From positions 372,001 through 436,000 of the forward strand of contig NW_027139247.1 in NCBI RefSeq assembly GCF_035084215.1: DNA of 64,000 nt, read 5' to 3'. The stretch is from Heptranchias perlo. Taxonomy: Eukaryota. Under the pieces are notes generated by a model. It was not told the DNA's origin. It was given only the letters and a program-made list of their open reading frames with translations, and did not search any database. Positions 1 to 12,300 of this stretch are shown in pieces. Each line of letters starts with the position of its first letter. Positions within the stretch are counted from its first letter, which is position 1. The position numbers and the translations under genes were made by a program.

Positions 1-420
1 TTTCTCCAGCCACGCATTAACCTGTCTTATCCTGCTAGTCCTACACTCACTAGTGTGGCACTGGGAGTAATCCAGAGATTACTACCTTTGAGGTCCTGCT
101 TTTTAACTTCCTGAAACTCTGACTGCAGGACCCAAACCTTTTCCTTCCTAGGTCATTAGTTCCCTCATGGACCACGACTTCTGGCTGTTCCCCCCCACCC
201 CCCCACAAAATGTTTTGCACTCTCTCAGTGATGACCTTTACCCTGACAAACCATGCAGGACTCACGTTGGTGGTCCGTCTATCCCCCTGACTAACGAATC
301 CCCTATAACAACTGCATTTCAACACATTCTTGTGCCCCCCCGAGCAGCCGAGTCTCCCACAGTGCCGTGGATTTGCTCCTGACTGCACTCCCCCGAGGAG
401 ACATCACCCTCACTGGTACC
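1..420 (-). mobile_element. CR1 LINE ORF1 remnant (SGNH/esterase-like)
   Basis: ORF 50..388 contains EQPEVVVHEGTNDLGRK...KLKSRTSKVVISGLLPVP, the typical vertebrate CR1 ORF1 esterase motif; degenerate. Confidence 0.8.
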
Positions 421-1249
421 AAACCGTGCAGAATCCATCCCTGGTGTGTGTGTGGAGTGATCTGCTCTCAGCTGGCTGGTTGTGGTGACATTAAAATTGG
501 CCACGGTTTTGGTGAGCTAAAACGAAGGAAAAATCATCCATGGTCCCTTCTCCTTGGATGATCCACAGTAACTCCTTCAGGGAATTGCACATGTGTGTGG
601 TGAAGACAAAATTAAGCCAAGTTATGATGCCCGCCATTGGAACGGGAGAAATGAAATTACTCTAAGCCCCTCTACATATCGTGGACCGCTCTCCCTGTAT
701 TAATGGACACTATCAGAAATGTAGGGTAAAAGTGGGAATGATGTGCTGCCAATTATCTATCTGACGAAATTTGCCAATGAGCATGTGATGGTACATACAT
801 TCCAATTCGAATCACTCGTCTAACCTCAATAACTAAGGTATCTTGCAACAGTGGTTATTCTCTCATGCAGGAGCCAGGACAGTTATGGGTTGCAGAGCAT
901 TGAACTTTGGAAGAAGAGTCCAAGAAAACTGTCCTCAAGCATTATTCACACACAGGCACTTCCCAGCCATGATAATGTGACAATGATCAGGAGTGGAAAT
1001 CCCTGGCTGATTTGGTTGCATTGCTCTAGCCCAGACACAGTGGGGGCAAACAGTGATACAAACACAACCTCCCAAATGAGGTCGTCTCAATCAGCACTGA
1101 GCAGGGATGAAACCTGGAGCCCTCTTCAGGAACAGGAGCAGGCCATTCAATGAGATCATGACTGATCTGTACCCTCTACCTATATGATTCAGTAGCGCAC
1201 CCACAATTGAGAAGTTAGATGGACATTTGCCATTTTGCTTGAAACAATG

Positions 1250-2189
1250 TCGGGGTAGAATTTCCACATGCCGCCCGGGTGTAAAACTATCGAAGAGTAT
1301 CAGCAGCCAACTATAGAAACCGTGCGATTTTCATTTCCAATGACTTCAGAAGAAATCAAAATCGGGCAGTTTCTGCAATGGGCGGCCGATTCCAGTTTTA
1401 CACCTGAACAGAGAATTGAAAATCTGCCCTGTCATAAAGTGTTTGGGGGGAATTTTCACTCTCACCACTGAGCTGAACACTGCTGGTACAGGATCGGCTG
1501 CCCATTTTACACCCTGCCCAATTTTCCTTTCCATTTAATGGGTGGCCGATCCGCCAACACTAGTTTTCCACCCAAGGGTGAACGTGTGAAATGAGTGGTA
1601 TTGGATTGAGCACCCATTAAAAACCCCACCCAATTTTCCTTTCCACTGAAGTTAATGAAGAGGAAAATCAGACAGGTTGTATAACGAATGGCCGATCAGC
1701 TTGAATTTGTCCTGCAATCCCACCCAAGTTCATTTCTCCCCGCAGTTTTTGTTTTTACTGCCAAGGATTGGCAGGACATGGAACGCACTATCTCATAGAG
1801 TGTGGGAATAGAACATAAAATAGATTTTAAAAGGGAAGTGGATAAATATTTGAAAAAGGGTGAGTGGATGGGAGTGGGAAAGGACAGGGGAGCAGGACCA
1901 AATCAGAAAGACAGGGAGACGGCATAGCCACGATGGGCCGAGTGACCTCCTTCTGTGGTGTAAATTTCTGATTTCAGGCATATTTCTGCTTGTAGAGTCA
2001 GTGGTTAATTTTCAGCTCCACCACTGGACAGTTAGCTGGCAGAGCAGACCACCCGTCCATTAGAGAACTCGCCTGATAATAATTTCCAGTTATTTCAACG
2101 GAAGTGTAAATTTGGCATATTCTATAACGGGCAGGGCATGGGGTCCGGCCAGTCTACTGCCCGAGTGGTGAAGGTATCAATTATCCCCT
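1250..2189. mobile_element. Cluster of short degenerate MITE-like (probably Harbinger-derived) elements
   Basis: GGGG..AATT(T) / AATT..CCCC-type ends (ggggtagaatttcc, gggggaattttc, catttctcccc, caattatcccc) and recurring internal 'ttttc..ttcca..ga' motifs; similar sequence at ~44750-44940. Boundaries approximate. Confidence 0.45.
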
Positions 2190-2208
2190 CAGTGTTTACG
2201 GATTATAT

Positions 2209-4244
2209 GGGCTCGATGTTACCAGGCTGAGGGTTCGCGGCGGGGGGGCTATTGGACGCGTGGGTAACGCGCCCGGTGAAATCAGTCTGCCCCCCGCGCG
2301 ATCGCAGCCTAATTGGATCCACTTACCTGGTCTTCCGGGTTCCCCGCTGCTGATCTGCGCGTCGGGCGGGCTGCGCATGCGCAGTAAGCTCTGTCAGCTG
2401 GAGGAGCTCTATTTAAAGGGGCAGTCCTCCACTGACAGATGCTGCAAGAAATAGGAAAAGTTACAGCATGGAGCAGCCCAGGGGGAAGGCTGCTCCCAGT
2501 TTAATGATGCCTCACCCCAGGTATCAATACATGGGGTGAGGAGGAGGGGGAGGACAGAGATCTTCCCCCCGGCGGGCGGGAGGAAGCGGCCTGCCTCTGC
2601 CACCAGGAAGGCCTGGTTCGAGGTGGCAGAGGAGGTCACCTGCACCACCAACATATCGCCCACCTGCATACAGTGCAGGAGGCGCTGCAATGACCTAAGT
2701 AGGTCAGCCAAAGTGAGTACACTTACTCATGCCCCTACACTCCGTCTGCCACATCACCGTCCCCACCCCACATCTCCTTCTGCACTGCCAACACTACTCT
2801 GTCACATCACCCCTCACACCCACTCAAAGCTCATCCTCATCTTACCTGCACTTACTCACCTCGCCAGTACTCACCCCACCACTACCACTCAACCCAATCC
2901 TCATACAATCTCATGGCTCTATCTCATACTCACCCTCTGATGCATCTCTTTCACGGTCAGCCTCACTCAACCTGCCACTACCTGTGCTGCAGCCACAGGG
3001 CATGCATCACGTATGTGCAGTAGGAAGCGTAAGGCAAACGTGTTGTGAGCATGAAGGGGATGCACAAGGGTGTTTGAGGGTTTGTCATGATTTTTATTTC
3101 GATTTGATTTCTGACCAACTCACATTACATATTATATTGGCACCACTACTGTCACGTCTTTGCGAATCTTGTCTGGTTTGTGCAATAATGCCCGTTCCTG
3201 AGGATCACAATGAAGACCCACACCTGATGCCACCAATTGTGTCACTGCAGAGTGGGTGTTGGTGTATTTGCAGGGCTCTTTTGTGCAGACGACTGAGAGA
3301 CGTCGGCGATGTCCCCGGTGGCACCCTGGAAGGATGCGGAGGAGAAGTTGTTGAGGGCAGTGGTGACTTTGACAGCGACAGGTAAGAAGATGGTGCTCGG
3401 GCCAGCTGGGAGCAGCTCGGCATGAAGGAGGCTGCAGATGTCCACGACTACATGTCGAGTGACTCTGAGCCTCCGTGTGCACTGCTGCTCAGAGATGTCC
3501 AGGAAGCTGAGCCTCGGTCTGTGGACCCTGTGGCGAGGGTAGTGCCCTCTGCGACACATCTCTCTCTGTGGTAGCCCTCCCTCCTGCTGTGCAGGTGGAT
3601 GTGTCACAGCACTGAGTTGTGGAGCTCCACGTGTCAGAGGTGGACGGCGAGGCTGGTGATGCTGTTCGCCCTTCGAGGAGGTCATGACTGCAGCTACGAC
3701 GGCCCCCATCCGGAAGATGTACATCTGAGGGGGTCCGCAAGGTAGGTACATGTGTCTGGACCCCGGGGTAAGTGTGCAAGTTTGTGAATTTTATTGTCAG
3801 GAAGAGGGTGGTGGAGGCCAAACTTTGTCCAAAGTGACAGAGTGGCCTCCTGCAATGAGTGAGGGTCTCTCCCCCCCAACACCTGTCAAATGGACCTTTG
3901 CAGCTGCCACAGGCTGATGGCTGCAACACGTCCATTTCAACTGGGAGTGTTTCCCCCAGTATGGGAAACAGTCCCAGTTGCTTCTAAAATCCCACCCCTC
4001 CTGACATAGTCCCTTAATCGGGTCTGTTAATGACCTGAAATACCTAAATAAATACTCTCAAGTGGCTTTAATTGTGTGCGGGAGTCCCACATGCGGGGGC
4101 TGCGCTCGCATGTCGGCGCGTCTGTGGGGAACCCGGAAGTGGGCGGGTTGGAGCCGGGCTCCCGACCCGCTCCGGGATTCCCCGATTTTCGGAGCCACCC
4201 CCCCACCAGGAACGCACCCGATAGCAGGTGCTAAAATAGAGCCC
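2209..4244 (+). mobile_element. PIF/Harbinger deletion-derivative DNA transposon (family A): Myb/SANT gene remnant (+) and HARBI1-like transposase N-terminus (-), convergent
   Basis: Imperfect TIRs gggctcgatgtt / aaaatagagccc with 3-bp TSD TAT on both sides (2206-2208, 4245-4247). Myb/SANT-like RKAWFEVAEEV...QCRRRCNDL (+). RPRLSFLDISEQQCTRRLR...LPVAVKVTTALNNFSSASFQGATGDIADVSQSS (-), with no DDE core. Confidence 0.9.
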
Positions 4245-4558
4245 TATATTTCCATTTCAACCAATTGTTTTTCCTTTGTTTCCCTAAATTTACTTCACCG
4301 TTGGGATCTAAAGAAATGGGATTATTGCAAGGAATCTGCTCCCTGGCACCCGACCGTGCTCCTGTCAATACAACTAGAACAGAACCCAGAGTGACGGCTG
4401 GTGATTCGTGTGTCCATGTCAACATCTTCCTCTCTGTGTGGAACCACAAGAGAGTGCAACTGGGATCAAGATCGACCTCTGTTGGGATTACAAGGTATAA
4501 GGACACTCAGGTACAAGCCCACCGGAAAACTCAAGGGTCACAAACTGTGATCCACATT

Positions 4559-4778
4559 GGCCTGCGGGCCCTGCCAATCCGGCCTGCGGGCCCTGCCAAT
4601 CCGGCCTGCGGGCCCTACCAATCCGGCCTGCGGGCCCTGCCAATCCGGCCTGCGGGCCCTGCCAATCCGGCCTGCGGGCCCTGCCAATCCGGCCTGCGGG
4701 CCCTGCCAATCCGGCCTGCGGGCCCTGCCAATCCGGCCTGCGGGCCCTGCCAATCCGGCCTGCGGGCCCTGCCAATCC
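4559..4778. repeat. GC-rich 22-bp tandem repeat (ggcctgcgggccctgccaatcc) x~10
   Basis: Near-perfect tandem units read directly; explains the repetitive ORFs at 4265-4913. Confidence 0.95.
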
Positions 4779-5175
4779 AGCCGGTGGCTCCAGGCAACTC
4801 AGTTTTCTTTACATTTGTTTCTTTATTGGTCTAGTTCGGATTTTGTGAGCTGGGGTGGGGTTGGGGGGAGGTTCTTAGCATCGTTACCTCATTGGTGCAT
4901 AAAACCTCCCTGAGAACACTTGGATCTGCTGGTATCGATATCTGGTCATGTATGTAATTTAAGTTGAATATGGATTTAAACTTTTCATCTGGGCCACCAA
5001 ACTCCGAAAAATGTGTGCGAGTAGCCCAGGGAGACAAAAGTTGGTACTCGTGCAGGCCATTGTCACGGGTATGTGCTGGCAGCTCAGAATCTCACCCACA
5101 AGAGTGCATCACTCCCAGCAGATGCTGCTACTTGCCCAATAATGACGCCCCTCCCTTTAAACCAAATAAACATCG

Positions 5176-6857
5176 GGGGAAAAAAATCAATAGGAGCCGT
5201 TTTTTGGGCGGGGGTAGCGCGATGTGCTATTACCCCACGGTCAATGACCCCGGCGCAGGCAGGACACAAGTTTTGACCCACCCGAGGACTTCCCTGCGAT
5301 CAGCGCTCCATCCCAGGTCTTGCACCTGGAATCAATGTAATTCACACCTTCCACCACCAGAGGGGGGGCAATCTCATAAACAGAGGATGGTCCTGAGAAA
5401 TCTCTTAAAGGGAGCTGGCACCTGTAATTTGCTGAAAATAACAGTCCACTGTCTGCACGGAGTCCGAACGGAGATCAGACATCGCACACATCAAACACAG
5501 ATGCAGGTCCAATCCCTATGTTTACACACTGATGAGTTATGTTAAAACATTGAACAAAGGTTGCGCACTACTAAATCCCACATCCTCCAATCTGCACACC
5601 AGACCTCACCAATCTGCCGATCTGAGTTGGTACCAGGCCTGTGAGAGAACATGCACCAAGGTTCTCTGCTGATGCACTAGAGGCCTTGGGTGCAAGAGGT
5701 GGACAGAAGGAGGGACATCCTATATCCACAGTGGGGGGATAGGAGGGGGGGCAAGAGGCCCTCCAGACATATATCCAAAGGCAGTGGGAGGCCGCGGGGG
5801 ACGAAGTCAATGCCAGGCCCACAGCATCATGAACATGGATGCAGTGCAGGAAGAAGTTCAATGCTTTGACATGAGTGGTCAAGGTGAGTGAGGTCAACTG
5901 TCAAGTGGTGTCTCCAACCAACTGCTCCACACACGACACCCCCATCACCCACATACCAACAAACTCTTTCCATCAGTACTCAACTCTTCCCATCAGATGC
6001 TTCCTCTCACCCTTACACATTACCACTGTTTCAAGCCGCCCACCCACAACTCACAGGCCACACACACTGGCAGCTATTCAACCATGACAGGCACATCACC
6101 CAGACACACGTCCCGCTTTCTTGCAGGAGAAGGTGGCGCATATCAAGAGGCAGCAAGTAGCAGTGGCATTCAGCCCCTCGAGCCTGTTCCACCATTCTGT
6201 GAGATCATGGTGGACCTGTGACCTAACTCCATATACCCACCTTAGCCCCATATCCCTTAATACCCTTGGTTCACAGAAATCTATCAATCTCAGATTTAAC
6301 ATTCACAAGTGAGCCAGCATCAACCGCCGTCTGCAGAAGAGCGTTCCAAACATCTCCCACCCTTTGCGTGTAGAAGCATTTCCTAACTTCACACCTGCAC
6401 ATCCTGGCTCTAAATGTTAGGCTATATCCCTGTGTCCTAGTATTCAAGTGTAGGAGACCTCTAAAAATTGTTACAAACGTCTCGGCAGCCAGAAGCAATA
6501 ATCCAGCCACTAACCTGTAAATCCTGCGTGGTCCCTTTAAATAGCGCTAGTGGGGGGGTCCTCCAGGCACTCTAAGACACGTTCAGATGGTCGGGGTTAA
6601 GACTGTGCGTTGAGTTGAGCGTTAGACACCATTTTGGGACTTATCACTTTAAATCAGCGTTGCACACTGATTGATTCTCCCTACTTTACATGATTGCGGC
6701 GTTCGTTATCCGCACCTGCGCTAACTCCTATACCAAGATGGCGTCTGGCGCGCGTCGCACAGGAAACATGCGTGCGCATCCAAGACACCATCTTGGATGT
6801 CGGAGAGTCGATGTAGCGCTGAAACAACGGGCGCTACACGGCCCAATTTAGCGCCCC
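5176..6857 (+). mobile_element. Non-autonomous Harbinger element (family B) with Myb/SANT remnant and an embedded antisense CR1 3' end
   Basis: Ends gggg-aaaaaaatc / aatttagcgcccc; Myb/SANT-like APRFSADALE...QWEAAGDEVNA...WMQCRKKFN; CR1 tail at ~6160-6445; near-identical copies at 43.3-44.7 kb and 47.4-48.8 kb. Confidence 0.85.
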
Positions 6858-7232
6858 TGGATCTTTTCTACGCATTCTGTTTGTCAGACAGACCTTAATT
6901 TAGGCGGCCAGAGCTGCTGCCAGAAACAGGTAGGGTCCTTATGAAAATACGCTAATTATCAAGACCCCTCAACAACATTTTCCTCTCTGCCCACATTGTT
7001 ACCTCCAGTTCCTGATCCTGCCCATAAACCATGGGTGGTACAAATCGGGAGGCAGCATTAAAGGGAACTGCAATTGCTCTCAGGTAAAATGCTGAAATAT
7101 TTTGGGAGACATTTTTCTTGTATTATATTGTGTTTTATATTTATTTAGACCATAGCAAAGTGCTGGTACAGCCTGGGGAACATTTTAAACTCTAATGACC
7201 CACTGGTAATTCCACTCTGGATTGGAGTGAAG

Positions 7233-8742
7233 TGCATTGGTGATCATCTTCCAAAATTCTATCGACTCTGGAACAGTTCCTACAGATCGGAGGGTGGCAA
7301 ATGTAACCCCACTATTTAGAAAAGGAGGGAGAGAAAAAACAGGGAATTACAGACCAGTTAGCCTAACATCAGTAGTGGGGAAAATGCTAGAGTCTATTAT
7401 AGAAGATGTGATAACAGAACACTTGGAGGGCATGAACGGGATTGGACAAAGTCAGCATGGGTTTATGAAAGGGAAATCATGCTTAACAAATCTACTGGAG
7501 TTTTTTGAGGGTGTAACTAGTAGAATAGATAGGGGAGAACCAGTGGATGTGGTGTATTTGGATTTTCAGAAGGCTTTTGATAAGATCTCACACGAGAGGT
7601 TAGTGTGCAATATTAAAGCACGTGGGATTGGGGGGAATATACTGGCATGGATTGAGAATTGGTCGACAGACAGGAAACAGAGAGTAGGAATAAACGGGTC
7701 TTTTTCTGGGTGGCAGGCAGTGACTAGTGGGGTACCGCAGGGATCAGTGCTTGGGCCCCAGCTATTCACAATATATATCAATGATTTTGATGAGGGAACC
7801 ATATGTAACATTTCCAAATTTGCAGATGACACAAAGCTGGGGTGGAATGTGAGCTGTGAGGAGGATGCAAAGAGGCTCCAATGTGATTTAGACAAGTTGG
7901 GTGAGTGGGCAAGAACATGGCAAATGCAGTATAACGTGGATAAATGTGAGGTTATCCACTTTGGTTGTAAAAACAGAAAGGCAAATTATTATCTGAATGG
8001 TGATGGATTGGGAAAAAGGGAGGTGCAACGAGACCTGGATGTCCTTGTACACCAGTCGCTGAAAGCGAGCATTCAGGTGCAGCAAGCAGTTAGGAAGGCA
8101 AATGGTATGTTGGCCTTCATTGCAAGAAGATTTGAGTACAGGAGCAGGGATGTCTTACTGCAGTTATACAGGGCCTTGGTGAGACCACATCTGGAGTATT
8201 GTGTGCAGTTTTGGTCCCCTTATCTGAGGAAGGATATCCTTGCCGTGGAGGGAGTGCAACGAAGATTTACCAGACTGATTCCTGGGATGGCAGGACTGAC
8301 ATATGAGGAGAGATTGGGTCGACTAGGCCTATATTCACTAGAGTTTAGAAGAATGAGAGGTGATCTCATCGAAACATATAAAATTCTAATAGGACTAGAC
8401 AGACTAGATGCAGGGAAGATGTTCCCGATGGCTGGGGAGTCCAGTACCAGGGGTCACAGTCTCAGGATACGGGGTACGCCATTTAGATGAGGAGAAATTT
8501 CTTCACTCAGAGGGTGGTGAACCTGTGGAATTCTCTACCACAGAAGGCAGTGGAGGCCAAGTCATTAAATGTATTCAAGAAGGAGCTAGATATATTTCTG
8601 AATGCTAAAGGGATCGGGGGATATGGGGAAAAAGCAGGAACAGGGTACTGAGTTAGATGATCAGCCACGATCATTTGAATGGCGTAGCAGACCAGAAGGG
8701 CTGAATGGCCTACTCTTGCTCCTACTTTCTATGTTTCTATGT
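7233..8742 (+). mobile_element. 5'-truncated CR1 LINE, ORF2 reverse transcriptase
   Basis: ORF 7237..8490 with NYRPVSLTS, QHGF, GVPQGSVLGP, KFADDTK, RPHLEYCVQFW; 3' tail (ttctatgt)n. Confidence 0.97.
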
Positions 8743-8744
8743 CT

Positions 8745-8915
8745 GTTGTGATTGGAGGAGGGGCAAGGGAAGTGGGGGAGGAAAGGATTGGTAGCACAGC
8801 GGCTAGTTTTAGGCGGTGCAGGGAGTACATGAGATGTGAAGCGGAGTCTGACCTTGGCAGTCCTGGTGAGGTCATTAAACTTCTTCCTGCAAAGCAGCCA
8901 GATCCTTGAAAAAAA
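8745..8915 (-). mobile_element. Harbinger Myb/SANT fragment
   Basis: IWLLCRKKFNDLTRTAK followed by a GT donor, the same motif as in the other Harbinger Myb genes here. Confidence 0.6.
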
Positions 8916-9389
8916 TGGGTATAAATTGCTCATGGGTGGTAGCACAGAACAGGCAATAGTGAATCAGCAGCCCGGTTAACACACAGGCGAATTTCTATTC
9001 CACTGAAGTCAATGGGAAAGAAATTTGGGCGGATTGCCAGCTTTGCACTACCACCCACAATTTACAGCCCAATGTTGCTGCCATTGACTTGTTCATCCAC
9101 CAATCTCCATTGCTGATTAATTTGTCGGGCCCATCGTTACCTATTAGAGGAGACGAGGACCTCAATAACGTGCTAACTTGCTCTACAAGCACTTCTATTT
9201 CTGCCTCAGAGAATCACAGGGCACTTGACCAGGTCATGCTGCCTGCTGCTTCAATAATTCAACCTCCATTGGTCGCCATTGAAAAAATGCACAGCCCCTT
9301 TAATAGACTGCAGGCTGCCTTTAAGTCAACCAGCTAGCTCAACCAGCTAAGAGACTCTCTCAGGGCTTCCCCAAGGCCCACAAAGTTAT

Positions 9390-12300
9390 TGTAACCCCGA
9401 CTAAACACAAGGGGCAGTCAGTGTAACCCAGACTAAACACAAGGGACAGTCAGTGTAATCCGGACTAAACACAAGGGGCAGTCAGTGTAATCCGGACTAA
9501 ACACAAGGGGCAGTCAGTGTAACCCAGACGAAACACAAGGGACAGTCAGTGTAATCTGGACTAAACACAAGGGACAGTCAGTGTAATCTGGACTAAACAC
9601 AAGGGACAGTCAGTGTAATCCGGACTAAACACAAGGGACAGTCAGTGTAATCCGGACTAAACACAAGGGGCAGTCAGTGTAACCCAGACGAAACACAAGG
9701 GACAGTCAGTGTAACCCAGACTAAACACAAGGGACAGTCAGTGTAATCCGGACTAAAGACAAGGGACAGTCAGTGTAATCCGGACTAAACACAAGGGACA
9801 GTCAGTGTAATCCGGACTAAACACAAGGGACAGTCAGTGTAATCCGGACTAAACACAAGGGACAGTCAGTGTAACCCAGACTAAACACAAGGGACAGTCA
9901 GTGTAACCCAGACTAAACACAAGGGACAGTCAGTGTAATCCGGACTAAACACAAGGGACAGTCAGTGTAATCCGGACTAAACACAAGGGACAGTCAGTGT
10001 AATCCGGACGAAACACAAGGGACAGTCAGTGTAATCCGGACTAAACACAAGGGACAGTCAGTGTAATCCGGACTAAACACAAGGGACAGTCAGTATAAAA
10101 CGGACTGAACAAAAGGGCAGTTAGCATAACCCAGACTAAAGACAAGAGCAGTCGGTGTTGCCTGGACTAAACAATAGGGCAATTTGTGTAACCTGGAATA
10201 AACACAAGAGCAGTTAGTGTAAACCAGACTAAACACGGGGGCAGGTAGCATAACTCAGAGTAAACATGGGCAGTTAGAGCAACCCAGACTAAACACAAGG
10301 CCAGTGAGTGTATCCCAGACAAAAGACAAGGGCAGTTAGCGTAACCTGGACTAAACAAAAGGGTAATTAGTGTAACCTGGACTAAACACAGGGGCAGTTA
10401 GTGTAACCCAGGCTAAACACAAGGGCAGTCAGTGTAACCCGGTGTAAACACAAGGGCAGTCAGTGTAACTCAGTGTAAACACAAGGGCAGTCAGCGTAAC
10501 CCGGTGTAAACACAAGGGCAGTCAGCGTAACCCGGTGTAAACACAAGGGCAGTCAGTGTAACTCAGTGTAAACACAAGGGACAGTCAGTGTAACCCAGTG
10601 TAAACACAAGGGACAGTCAGTGTAACTCAGTGTAAACACAAGGGGCAGTCAGTGTAACCCGGTGTAAACACAAGGGACAGTCAGTGTAACCCGGTGTAAA
10701 CACAAGGGCAGTCAGTGTAACCCGGAGTAAACACAAGGGACAGTCAGTGTAACCCGGTGTAAACACAAGGGCAGTCAGTGTAACCCGGTGTAAACACAAG
10801 GGCAGTCAGTGTAACCCGGAGTAAACACAAGGGACAGTCAGTGTAACCCGGTGTAAACACAAGGGCAGTCAGTGTAACCCGGTGTAAACACAAGGGCAGT
10901 CAGTGTAACCCGGAGTAAACACAAGGGACAGTCAGTGTAACCCGGTGTAAACACAAGGGCAGTCAGTGTAACCCGGTGTAAACACAAGGGACAGTCAGTG
11001 TAACTCAGTGTAAACACAAGAACAGTCAGTGTAACCCGGAGTAAACACAAGGACAGTCAGTGTAACCCGGTGTAAACACAAGGGACAGTCAGTGTAACCC
11101 GGTGTAAACACAAGAACAGTCAGTGTAACTCAGTGTAAACACAAGGGACAGTCAGTGTAACCCGGTGTAAACACAAGGGACAGTCAGTGTAACTCAGTGC
11201 AAACACAAGGGACAGTCAGTGTAACCCGGTGTAAACACAAGAACAGTCAGTGTAACTCAGTGTAAACACAAGGGACAGTCAGTGTAACCCGGAGTAAACA
11301 CAAGGACAGTCAGTGTAACCCGGTGTAAACACAAGAACAGTCAGTGTAACTCAGTGTAAACACAAGGGACAGTCAGTGTAACCCAGTGTAAACACAAGAA
11401 CAGTCAGTGTAACTCAGTGTAAACACAAGGGACAGTCAGTGTAACTCAGTGTAAACACAAGGACAGTCAGTGTAACTCGGTGTAAACACAAGAACAGTCA
11501 GTGTAACTCAGTGTAAACACAAGGGACAGTCAGTGTAACTCAGTGTAAACACAAGGACAGTCAGTGTAACCCAGTGTAAACACAAGGGACAGTCAGTGTA
11601 ACCCGGAGTAAACACAAGGGACAGTCAGTGTAACCCAGACTAAACACAAGGGGCAGTCAGTGTAACCCGGAGTAAACACAAGGGACAGTCAGTGTAACCC
11701 GGAGTAAACACAAGGGCAGTCAGTGTAACTCAGTGTAAACACAAGGGGCAGTCAGTGTAACTCAGTGTAAACACAAGGGGCAGTCAGTGTAACTCAGTGT
11801 AAACACAAGGGGCAGTCAGTGTAACTCAGTGTAAACACAAGGGGCAGTCAGTGTAACTCAGTGTAAACACAAGGACAGTCAGTGTAACCCGGTGTAAACA
11901 CAAGGGACAGTCAGTGTAACCCGGTGTAAACACAAGGGACAGTCAGTGTAACTCAGTGTAAACACAAGGGGCAGTCAGTGTAACTCAGTGTAAACACAAG
12001 GGCAGTCAGTGTAACTCAGTGTAAACACAAGGGACAGTCAGTGTAACTCAGTGTAAACACAAGAACAGTCAGTGTAACCCGGAGTAAACACAAGGGACAG
12101 TCAGTGTAACCCGGAGTAAACACAAGGGACAGTCAGTGTAACCCGGTGTAAACACAAGGGACAGTCAGTGTAACCCGGTGTAAACACAAGGGACAGTCAG
12201 TGTAACCCGGTGTAAACACAAGGGCAGTCAGTGTAACCCGGTGTAAACACAAGGGACAGTCAGTGTAACCCAGACTAAACACAAGGGGCAGTCAGTGTAA

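Noticed and set aside
3242-3751. Domesticated HARBI1 host gene
   Set aside because: Lies inside a TIR/TSD-bounded multicopy element and lacks the DDE domain.
4964-5160. C-type-lectin-like or Ig F-strand-like pattern (GPPNSEKCV...DKSWYSCR) on the plus strand
   Set aside because: Motif spacing is wrong for a C-type lectin, there is no supporting domain context, and it is on the opposite strand to the leader exons.
7237-8490. Reverse transcriptase ORFs as a novel RT system or host gene
   Set aside because: All are 5'-truncated CR1/L2 ORF2 fragments with canonical LINE 3' tails.
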